Part shown: positions 8,352 to 16,219 of the stretch, in pieces
How the letters are laid out: the number at the start of each line of letters is the position of its first letter
Position numbering within the stretch: position 1 is the first letter of the stretch
Assembly (NCBI GenBank): GCA_030426085.1
Contig: JAUHYW010000013.1
Coordinates: 3,074 to 67,073 of the forward strand
DNA from: a bacterium
Lineage (GTDB): Bacteria; Myxococcota_A; Bradymonadia; UBA7976; UBA1532
Length of the DNA stretch: 64,000 bases
Direction of reading: 5' to 3'
The notes under the pieces: model-generated
Databases searched by the model: none
What the model was told of the DNA's origin: nothing
Seen by the model: only the letters and a program-made list of their open reading frames with translations
Program-made: the position numbers and the translations under genes

Positions 8352-10105
8352 GACCCGAGGCCCGCCCGCTCGCCGATGCCATCGAAGCCATGGCCGATAC
8401 CATGCCCGACGCGGATGTCATCCCCCGCCTGCCCGGGCTGCGGGCGCGCGCCATCGAGCGGCTCGTCGAGGCCACCGACGGCCCGCTGGCGACCCTGCGC
8501 CGGGCCGGCCCCGACGCCTGGATCGCGGCCTACGAGGCCCTCTCGGCCACCCGCCCGGTCGCGCGCGATGGCCGGCTGCGGCTCGAGGCCGACCGCCAGA
8601 CCCGCAAGCGCCGGGGGAGCTGGTACACCCCGCCGGCCGTCGTCGAGGCCGCGCTCGACGCCGCGCTCGACCCGCTGCTCGACACCCTCGACGCCGCCGG
8701 GCTGCGCGCCCTGCGCATCTGCGACCCCGCCGCCGGGCCGGGCCGCTTCCTGGTCGCCGCCGCCCGCCGCATCGCCGAGCGCCTCGATCGCCTCGGCGTC
8801 CAGGACCCTCGGCGCCACGCCGTCGCCAACCTGTGGGCCGCCGACCTCGACCCCGGCGCGCTGGCCCTGGCCCGGGCGGTCCTCGCCGACTTCGCCGGCC
8901 AGCCCCCACCCGCGGAGCACTTCCTGCGGGGGGATGCCATCGCCGGGCCCGTATCCCCCACCCGGCGCGCCGCCCCGCCAGATGCCATCCACTGGCATCG
9001 CCACGCCCCGGATGGCTTCGACGTCGTGCTGGGCAACCCCCCCTACCGCGCCGGCCGCCTCGCGAAGCTCGACGCCGCCCGCCTGCGCGCCGTCTGCCCC
9101 ACCGCCGAGTACCAGCTCGACCCGTTCGCGCTCTTCCTCGACCGGGCCGCCCGCCTCGCCCGCCGGCGCATGGCGCTGCTGGTGCCGACCACCTGGATGA
9201 GCAACCACCGCGCCCGCCGCCTGCGAGGGTGGCTGCTGACCCGCCACCGGCTCGACGCCGTCGTGGAGGTCCCCGACGACGCGTTCGACGCCGCCGTCGA
9301 GACCGCCGTGGCTGTCTTCACCATCGACGCCGGCCCGACCGCAGCCGACGTACCGGTGCGGGACCTCGGCGGGGCTCGAGTCGCCACCGTGCACCCCGAC
9401 CCCGCGCGCCCCCAGGCCCCGCTGCCGCTCAGCCGGAGCCCCCGCGCCGCCGCGCTCCTGCGCGCCGCCCGCGCCTGGACCACCGCCCTGGGCGACGTCA
9501 CCGAGATCAACCGGGGCATCAACCCCTACCATCACACCACCCACTCACCGGAAGCCATCGCCGAGCGCGTCCATCACAGCGATCGCCAGGTGACCCCCGA
9601 CTGGTCCCCCGAGCTGCGCGGCCGGGACATCGCCGACGCCTACCGCCTCGACTGGAAGGGCGATCACTGGATCCACTACGGCCCCTGGCTCAAGGAGCCC
9701 CGGGCCCCCCGCTTCTTCACCGGCCCCCGCCTGCTCGTCCGCAAGATCCTCGCCCGGACCCTGTGCGGGGTCTTCGTCGAGCACGACGCCTACTGCGATC
9801 AGTCGGTCTACATCGCCCGCGTCCGCCCCGACTGCCCCTACCCGCCGTATGCCTTGCTGGCCTGCGTCAACAGCGATCTGATCGCGACCCTGGTGCGCAC
9901 CCGCCACCAGACCCATCGGACCCACTTCCCCCAGCTCAAGGTGGGCGAGCTGCGGGCCCTGCCCCTGCCCCCCGCGCCGCCCACCGACCCCCGCTGGCGA
10001 CCCCTCGCCGAGCGGGCCGAGGCCATGCAGCGCGACCCGACCCCGGCCCTGGCCGACGCCATCGAGGCCGCGGTGGCGGCGCTCTACGGCGTCGAGCCGG
10101 GGTAG
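8348..10105 (+). CDS. N6-adenine DNA methyltransferase-like protein (Eco57I/TaqI-like gamma class) with no recognisable nuclease domain
   Basis: 585 aa. ATG 8348 overlaps the upstream stop (ATGA). Motifs GSWYTPPAVVEAAL, ICDPAAGPGRFLVAAA (AdoMet site) and FDVVLGNPPYRAG (NPPY). The C-terminal third (TEINRGINPY...SVYIARV...LLACVNSDLI) looks like a TaqI-type target-recognition domain. Confidence 0.75.
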   Translation: MRPEARPLADAIEAMADTMPDADVIPRLPGLRARAIERLVEATDGPLATLRRAGPDAWIAAYEALSATRPVARDGRLRLEADRQTRKRRGSWYTPPAVVEAALDAALDPLLDTLDAAGLRALRICDPAAGPGRFLVAAARRIAERLDRLGVQDPRRHAVANLWAADLDPGALALARAVLADFAGQPPPAEHFLRGDAIAGPVSPTRRAAPPDAIHWHRHAPDGFDVVLGNPPYRAGRLAKLDAARLRAVCPTAEYQLDPFALFLDRAARLARRRMALLVPTTWMSNHRARRLRGWLLTRHRLDAVVEVPDDAFDAAVETAVAVFTIDAGPTAADVPVRDLGGARVATVHPDPARPQAPLPLSRSPRAAALLRAARAWTTALGDVTEINRGINPYHHTTHSPEAIAERVHHSDRQVTPDWSPELRGRDIADAYRLDWKGDHWIHYGPWLKEPRAPRFFTGPRLLVRKILARTLCGVFVEHDAYCDQSVYIARVRPDCPYPPYALLACVNSDLIATLVRTRHQTHRTHFPQLKVGELRALPLPPAPPTDPRWRPLAERAEAMQRDPTPALADAIEAAVAALYGVEPG

Positions 10106-10121
10106 CCCGGCGACGCCGCTC

Positions 10122-11621
10122 TCAATACAGGTCGAAGTCCCACCGCAGCCGCAGGAACGCCCGGTCGTGCTCGTCCAACCCGTAGAACGGACCGAACTCG
10201 CCCGCGTCGCCCGCGCCGTAGTGCACAAAGCCGGCGGTGATCGAGCCGGCGTCGCTCAGCGCGTACATCGCCTCGGCCCGCAGCAGCCAGCCGTGCTCGG
10301 CGGTGGCGCCGAAGACCGTGGCGGTGGCCAGCAGGCGCAGCTTCTCCCGCATCGCCTGCCGCACCACCCGGGCCGAGATCACCGGGGCGTCGGCCGGGAA
10401 GAGCAGATCGGCCGGGCGGTCGAGGAAGCGGCCGGCTTGCAGCTCGAGGCCGAGGGTGGTGTCGGCCAGCCCGCTCCAGGTGATGCCCACCATGCCGCTG
10501 ATGAGGTGCGCCGTGGCGTCGCCCAGCGCGTCGGGGGTCAGGCCGCCCTCGGGGTCGCCGGTGTTGTAGGCCTTGTCCAGCGTGGCCGCCAGCTCCCACT
10601 TCACGATCCAGGCGTCGATCGTCGTCGCGCCCGAGTGGCCGGCCAGCCAGTAGCGGCCGTGGTCCAGCTCCAGCTCGATGTCATCCTGCACCAGCGCGCC
10701 CAGCGGGGGCAGCTTCACCACCCCCTGCTGGTCGAGGGCCCAAGCGCCGTAGAGCGCCGCGTCGAGGCCCGAGCCTTTGTGGCTCCAGCGCAGAAACGCC
10801 TGGGTGTGCGCCGGGTCGAAGCGGTCCTGCTCGTGGTGCCAGTCGAGGGTCTTGTCGACCAGCAGGTCGGCGGCGAGCTCGTTGTCCAGCACGAAGGCCC
10901 GCAGCGGGCTGAACTCGCCCAGCGGCGGGGGGCGCTCGCCGAAGTAGGCCTCGTGCACCGCCATCGCCTCGACCCGGTGGCCCTCGTGGAACCAGCCGAC
11001 GCGGGTGGCGAGCACGCCCAGGCGCAGGTCGTCGAGGTCGGCCAGCCCCGGCTCGCGCAGGTCGCGGGGGTTGACGACGTCCACCGGCGAGAGCGCGTCG
11101 CCCTCGCCCCAGACGACGATCTGGCGGCCGACGGTGATCTCGAAGGCGTCGAGGCTGGTGGCGATGTACTGCTCGCCGCTGAGGATCCGGGCCTCGTAGA
11201 CGTCCAGCGTCGGCTGGTCGAAGCGCTCGCGGTCGGCGAGGTAGGCCGCGTCGTACTCGCCGTGGATCTCGGCGACGATGCGCCACCGGTCGTCCCGATA
11301 GCGGAAGTTCAGGTCGAGGCTCACCCGGTCCTTGGCGAAGGGGCGGCTCTCGGTGCGGGTGGCCCAGAGGCCCAGGTCGTAGCGCAGAAACCCGGTCAGC
11401 GAGGCGTTGCGCGGCGGGGGCGGGGGGTCGACCTCGATCTCGGGCAGCGCGCCGAGGTCGTCGAAGCCGCCGCCGTCGCCCCAGCCGTCGTCGCCGCCCT
11501 CGTCGCCGCCCTCGTCGCCCCAGCCGGCCTCGTCCGTCGTATCCGCCGCCTCGTCCTGGGCGGCGGCGGTTCCGGCGAGCAGCGCGCAGAGCGCGGCGCA
11601 GATGGGGGCGGGGCGGGGCAT
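10122..11621 (-). CDS. Outer-membrane beta-barrel protein, DUF1302-like
   Basis: 499 aa. Signal peptide MPRPAPICAALCALLAGTAAAQ, then an acidic G/D/E/W linker. Central ...ITVGRQIVVWGEGDALSPVDVVNPRDL... resembles DUF1302 barrels. The C-terminus ...RLRWDFDLY ends in an aromatic residue, as in OM barrels. Confidence 0.55.
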   Translation of the reverse strand: MPRPAPICAALCALLAGTAAAQDEAADTTDEAGWGDEGGDEGGDDGWGDGGGFDDLGALPEIEVDPPPPPRNASLTGFLRYDLGLWATRTESRPFAKDRVSLDLNFRYRDDRWRIVAEIHGEYDAAYLADRERFDQPTLDVYEARILSGEQYIATSLDAFEITVGRQIVVWGEGDALSPVDVVNPRDLREPGLADLDDLRLGVLATRVGWFHEGHRVEAMAVHEAYFGERPPPLGEFSPLRAFVLDNELAADLLVDKTLDWHHEQDRFDPAHTQAFLRWSHKGSGLDAALYGAWALDQQGVVKLPPLGALVQDDIELELDHGRYWLAGHSGATTIDAWIVKWELAATLDKAYNTGDPEGGLTPDALGDATAHLISGMVGITWSGLADTTLGLELQAGRFLDRPADLLFPADAPVISARVVRQAMREKLRLLATATVFGATAEHGWLLRAEAMYALSDAGSITAGFVHYGAGDAGEFGPFYGLDEHDRAFLRLRWDFDLY

Positions 11622-11625
11622 CGGC

Positions 11626-12435
11626 TCAGATGCCCTGCTCGAGCCGGCGCTGGGTGAACAGCTCGGGCTTCACCGACGGGTCGTCGTGCGCGATCTCGGT
11701 GAACTGGAGCACGGTCGTCGACTGGGGCGTCTTGCCCTTGACCGTGCGGGCGCTGATCTTCTTGGGCACCCACGCCTCGCCCATCTTCTCGAAGTCCTCG
11801 AACTTGATGTACTTCAGCCGCTTGCCCTTGATGATCCACGCCTTGACCTGAAGCGGCACCAGCTTGCTCTTGCTGACCCAGATGTGGGTCTTGAGGTAGC
11901 CGGTCTCCTCCTTGGCCCGGTCGGTCGTCGGCCGGCTCTCGATGAGCCAGGCGTCCTCCCCGTCGACCTTCACCGCCGGGTCGACCATCGTGTAGGCGTA
12001 GTGGGCCGGGTCGGCCCGGGTCATATCGGCGAAGCTGAGGTCGGTGCCCATGAACGAGCCCGACTTCTCGCCGCTCGAGATGCGGGTCGACTTGTGCAGG
12101 CTGGGCAGATACAGCCACTGGTCGTCGTCCTTGCCGCCCTCGTCGTAGTCGACCGACAAGAGGCCGGTGTTGGCCACGTCGGCCGGGCTCTCGAAGATCA
12201 TGAGCTGCTTCGAGCCGCCGTCGAACTCCATGGCCCACGAGCGCACGACCCGCTGCCGCTGGCGGCCGGACTTGTCGATGAGGGTCATCGCCAGCCGCCC
12301 GGTGACCCGATCCCCTTCGCCCCGGCTCTCGACGGCCTTCATGATGGCGTCGGCGTCGGTGGAGTCGGGCGCGATCTGGGCGGCGGCGGGCAGCGCGAGG
12401 GCGAGGGCGAGCGTCGCGAGGGTGGCGCGGATCAT
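11626..12435 (-). CDS. LolA-like outer-membrane lipoprotein-sorting protein family
   Basis: 269 aa. ATG 12435 overlaps the stop of the upstream transporter (ATGA). Signal peptide [20 protein letters not shown]. ...LIDKSGRQRQRVVRSWAMEF...LMIFESPADVANTGLL...DDQWLYLPSLHKSTRISS... matches this family from memory. The rest of track ORF 11626-14982 is a shadow frame. Confidence 0.65.
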   Translation of the reverse strand: MIRATLATLALALALPAAAQIAPDSTDADAIMKAVESRGEGDRVTGRLAMTLIDKSGRQRQRVVRSWAMEFDGGSKQLMIFESPADVANTGLLSVDYDEGGKDDDQWLYLPSLHKSTRISSGEKSGSFMGTDLSFADMTRADPAHYAYTMVDPAVKVDGEDAWLIESRPTTDRAKEETGYLKTHIWVSKSKLVPLQVKAWIIKGKRLKYIKFEDFEKMGEAWVPKKISARTVKGKTPQSTTVLQFTEIAHDDPSVKPELFTQRRLEQGI

Positions 12436-15092
12436 GAGGGAGCCTCCTTGTCGGCGATTCGAGGGTAGAACGTGCGCAGCAGGGCCGGGGCGAAGATCAG
12501 GTCGATGAGCAGCGCCATCACCGCGGTCAGGCCCACCAGAAGGCCGAAGCGCTGGATGTTGTACATCGTCGCCCCGAGGTAGACCGAGAACCCGATGAGC
12601 AGGATGAGGCTGGTGCTGACCATGGCCCGCCCCGAGTGGCGCATGGCGCGGCGCAGCGACTCTTCGACGTTGCCGGTGCGCTGCATGTTGACCCGCCAGT
12701 GGTGCAGCAGGTGGATGGTGTCGTCTACGGCCACGCCGATGCTGATCGAGGCGATGAGCAGGTTGTTCATGTCGATCGGGATCCCGCCGAAGCCCATCAC
12801 GCCCCCGATCATCACGATGGGCATCAGGTTGGGCACCATCGCGATGAGCCCCAGCCGCACGCTGCCGAGCAGCAGCATCATGATGACCGTGATGACCGCG
12901 AACGCCGCCCCGAAGCTGGCGACCAGGTCGCGCAGCAGGTGCCCCACGGTGCTGACCAGGGTGTAGATCGAGCCGGTGGCCTGCACCCGGGCGTCGTCGG
13001 GGATGTGGCGCTCGACCCCCTCGGCGATGTGGTCGACGAGCGGCTGGTAGCGGGTCGCCTCGAGCCACGGGACCCGGATGGTCTCCTGGGCCCGCTGCAA
13101 GTCGGTCGTCGCCAGCCGGCGCAGCTCGTCGGGGCCGGCGTTCTCGAACATGAAGAGCAGGTCGCTGACCGCCCGATCGCTGTCGGGCAGCCGGTACTCG
13201 GACTGCGCCCCGCCGCGCAGCGCCCGGTGGGTCTCCTTGACGACGTCGAGCACGCCCACCGCGCTGCCCACGATGCGCCCGTACTCGGGGTGCTCGAACG
13301 CCTCGATGTGGGCCCGCAGCGCCTCGAGGCCCCGCATCAGCTCGATGTCCTTGATGCCGTTGTCCGGCGTGCCGTCGATGAGGAGCTGCACGTTGCCGGT
13401 GCCGCCGACCTCCTCGTCCATCAGGTCGAAGGCGACCCGCATCGGGGTGTCGGCCGGCAGCCACACCAGCGGGTTGTGGTACATGCGCATCAGCGAGGCC
13501 CCGCCCACCGCGACCGCGATGAGCAGCAGCATGACCCCCAGGCTGCGCCGGCGGCGGGTCCGGGCGACGGCCGCCTCGGCGCCGATCCCCGGGTCGTCCC
13601 GCAGGCCGGAGAGCGCCAGGCAGCGGGCGAGGAACCGGTCGATGCCGTCCTCTTCGCCCAGCGGGCTGGCCCCCATCGGGTGGCCCTTGCGGTTGAAGGT
13701 CAGGCACGCCGGCAGGAAGGTCACCGAGAGCACGAACGCGACGAAGACCCCGAAGGCGCCCGAGACGCCCATCTCGCCGATGACCTCCAGGCTGGCGAAG
13801 ACGAAGCTGGCCAGCCCGACCATGGTCGTCAGCGAGGTGTACAGCACCGGCCGCCCGGTGCTGGCGACGGCGTAGCGGATGGCGTCGTCCGACTCGAGCC
13901 CCGCCCGCAGCGCGTCGCGGTAGACCGAGATGATGTGCACCGAGTGGCCGATGCCGACGCAGAAGAGGAAGGCCGGCAGCACGTTGCTCATCATCGTCAG
14001 CGGCAGCCCGAAGAGGCCCATGCCGGCGGCGGTGACGATGGACGAGAGCGCGACGACGAACAGCGGGGCCAGCACCGCGATCGGGTGGCGGAAGAGGTAG
14101 GCCATGATCAGGAACATCGCCAGCGCCGAGAGCTGCACCAGCGTGATCAGGTCGTCCATCAAGAGGTCGGTCAGCCCGGCGTTGAGGGCCGGCACGCCCG
14201 AGACGTGCAGCTCGAAGCCCTCGGCCCGGTGGCGCTCGATCAGCGCGAGCAGCGCCTCGTAGACCCGGGCCGAGTCGGCCTCCGACATGAACGCGGTGCG
14301 CAGCGCGATGGCCGCGTGCCGCCCGCCCTCGCCGACGACCTGCCCCACCAGCGTCTCGTCGGCGAGCACCTCGGCCTTCATCGCCGCCAGCGCTGCGGCG
14401 GTCGGCAGCGGATCCATGAGCTGGCCGACCTCGATGCCGCCCGGCGTGGCCCGCGTCCGGCGGGCGTTGATCAGCGAGATGGCCTGCTCGACCACCGTGC
14501 CGCCGGCCTCGTCGCCCCAGCCCGCGTCGGTGCCGCTGCTGTCGAAGTCGAAGCCGTCGTCGCCTCCGTCGCCGAAGCCGTCTTCGAAGCCATCGTCGCC
14601 CGCGGCCGGCGCGGCGTCCGGCGGGCCGGCGTCGGGCGGGGGCGCGGCCTCGGGCGGCGCGTCGTCCCGGAACCAGTCGGCGACGGGCGAGTCGGGCCCG
14701 AAGAGCCGCTCCCGGATGAGGCCGCCCTGCCGCCCCCGCTGGCCGAGCGAGCCCAGCTCGAGGTCGAGGGCCGCCGCCTCCTCGTGCAGCGCGGCCAGCC
14801 GCTCGACGAACGGCCGGGAGAACACGTCGCCCACCGCCACGATGAAGAACATCTCGTCCCGCCCGAACTCGTCGCGGTAGGTGTTCAGCACGTCGTGGGC
14901 GGCGTCGTCCTTGTCGGCGAACTTCTCGACGCTGGTGTCGATCCGGGTCGTGGTCAGGGTGATCCAGACCGAGGCCGCGCACAGGGCGAGCGTGGCGAGG
15001 ATGATCGGCGTCCGGAAGCGCACGGTGAAGGCGCCGAGGGCGGCGAAGAACCGGCTGGGCGGGTCCTTCAGAACATCGCGGGGGTCGGCCAT
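12432..15092 (-). CDS. MMPL/RND-superfamily transporter (two transmembrane bundles plus large soluble loops)
   Basis: 886 aa. Hydrophobic clusters include ...LVQLSALAMFLIMAYLF...VLPAFLFCVGIGHSVHIISVY... and ...LIAMVPNLMPIVMIGGVMGFGGIPIDMNNLLIASISIGVAVDDTIHLL.... The GxxVDDxIH-type motif is typical of RND/MMPL proteins. Confidence 0.75.
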   Translation of the reverse strand: MADPRDVLKDPPSRFFAALGAFTVRFRTPIILATLALCAASVWITLTTTRIDTSVEKFADKDDAAHDVLNTYRDEFGRDEMFFIVAVGDVFSRPFVERLAALHEEAAALDLELGSLGQRGRQGGLIRERLFGPDSPVADWFRDDAPPEAAPPPDAGPPDAAPAAGDDGFEDGFGDGGDDGFDFDSSGTDAGWGDEAGGTVVEQAISLINARRTRATPGGIEVGQLMDPLPTAAALAAMKAEVLADETLVGQVVGEGGRHAAIALRTAFMSEADSARVYEALLALIERHRAEGFELHVSGVPALNAGLTDLLMDDLITLVQLSALAMFLIMAYLFRHPIAVLAPLFVVALSSIVTAAGMGLFGLPLTMMSNVLPAFLFCVGIGHSVHIISVYRDALRAGLESDDAIRYAVASTGRPVLYTSLTTMVGLASFVFASLEVIGEMGVSGAFGVFVAFVLSVTFLPACLTFNRKGHPMGASPLGEEDGIDRFLARCLALSGLRDDPGIGAEAAVARTRRRRSLGVMLLLIAVAVGGASLMRMYHNPLVWLPADTPMRVAFDLMDEEVGGTGNVQLLIDGTPDNGIKDIELMRGLEALRAHIEAFEHPEYGRIVGSAVGVLDVVKETHRALRGGAQSEYRLPDSDRAVSDLLFMFENAGPDELRRLATTDLQRAQETIRVPWLEATRYQPLVDHIAEGVERHIPDDARVQATGSIYTLVSTVGHLLRDLVASFGAAFAVITVIMMLLLGSVRLGLIAMVPNLMPIVMIGGVMGFGGIPIDMNNLLIASISIGVAVDDTIHLLHHWRVNMQRTGNVEESLRRAMRHSGRAMVSTSLILLIGFSVYLGATMYNIQRFGLLVGLTAVMALLIDLIFAPALLRTFYPRIADKEAPS

Positions 15093-15114
15093 TGCTGGGG
15101 GTCGTCCTCGGCGC

Positions 15115-16113
15115 TCAGCCGTCGGTCTCGAGCGGATCGTCGATGGCGGCGATCTCGGTGGTCGGCTCGGCGGGGATGCCGAGCAGATCGTGCAGGTAGT
15201 GGGGGTGGGTGTGCCGGGCCGGCCGCTCGGTGTCCGGCGAGCCGGGCAGCCCCAGCACCGCCCGGGCGTCGGGCGACAGCCGGAACACCTCGACCAGCGC
15301 CTGGAGCGCGTCGGCGAGCTCCTCGGCGTAGTCGAAGCGATCGCGGGCCAGCGGGGCCATCGCCTTCATCACGATCGGGTCGACGTAGGTCGCCAGCTCG
15401 GACGACCGCCGGCGCCACGAGGGCGGGGCCGGCACCCGCAGGCCGTTGGCGTCCGACGCCGGCGGCTTGCGGGCGGTGAGCATGTAGTACAGCAGCCCGC
15501 CCATCGCGAAGACGTCGTCGGTGGCCACCGGCATCTCGGGCTTCGCATCGGGCGGGGTGTAGCTCGCCGAGGGCCGCGGGGGCCGGGCGAGCAGCCGGCT
15601 GAGGCCCCGGGCGAGCCCCACGTCGAACACCGCCGGGCGGATGGGGCCGCCGGGCATCAGGAAGACGTTCGACGGGCGCAGGCAGCCGAGGCACACCCCC
15701 TCGGCGTGGGCCCGGCCGACGAGCCGGCAGATCTGCTCGGCGATGCGGGTGGCCTTCTCTTCGTCCAGCGAGCCCTCGTCGCTCACCAGGCGGGTCAGCG
15801 AGCGGCCGCGCAGCTCGGGCAGGGCCATGTAGACCCGGTCGCCGAAGATGTGACCCCCGCCGAGCGGCACCCACAGCCCCTCGGGCAGCACCCGGGCCTG
15901 ATCGGCCTCGGTGCGCACCCAGCGCAGGTACTGCGACAGCGCGCCCCGTTGCAGATCCATCGCCAGGATCAGCCGCGGCGTCTCGGCCCGGCCCTCGGTG
16001 GCGGCGTAGGCCGTCCCGATCTGCCACCGCCCGACCGGCCGGACGATGACATACCGACCGCCCACGCGCTGTCCGGGGCGGAAATCGGGGCGGGTGCTCA
16101 TGGCGCGATCCAT
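15115..16113 (-). CDS. Ser/Thr-kinase-fold protein with degenerate catalytic motifs (predicted pseudokinase)
   Basis: 332 aa, ending 22 nt upstream of the MMPL start. It aligns by eye to the bona fide kinase at 42709. GRYVIVRPVGRWQIGTAYAA replaces the GxGxxG loop. LILAMDL replaces VALKVL, so the beta3 Lys is absent. GVCLGCLRPSNVFL replaces IHRDLKPQNVLF, so the HRD Asp is absent. VFDVGLAR replaces ADFGLAR. Confidence 0.65.
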   Translation of the reverse strand: MDRAMSTRPDFRPGQRVGGRYVIVRPVGRWQIGTAYAATEGRAETPRLILAMDLQRGALSQYLRWVRTEADQARVLPEGLWVPLGGGHIFGDRVYMALPELRGRSLTRLVSDEGSLDEEKATRIAEQICRLVGRAHAEGVCLGCLRPSNVFLMPGGPIRPAVFDVGLARGLSRLLARPPRPSASYTPPDAKPEMPVATDDVFAMGGLLYYMLTARKPPASDANGLRVPAPPSWRRRSSELATYVDPIVMKAMAPLARDRFDYAEELADALQALVEVFRLSPDARAVLGLPGSPDTERPARHTHPHYLHDLLGIPAEPTTEIAAIDDPLETDG

Positions 16114-16219
16114 ACCACCCCGGCGGGCTCGGCGTCACCTGCTGTCACCCGGGGGACATGCCCCGGCGCCGGGGGGCCCGGGCGCGCTACACTCGGCCTC
16201 GACCTGTCTTCGGACGGCC

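Noticed and set aside
12432-15092. Calling the MMPL transporter HpnN (the hopanoid exporter).
   Set aside because: No squalene-hopene cyclase or other hpn genes are nearby. Its partners here are a LolA-like protein and a barrel protein. Only the superfamily can be supported.
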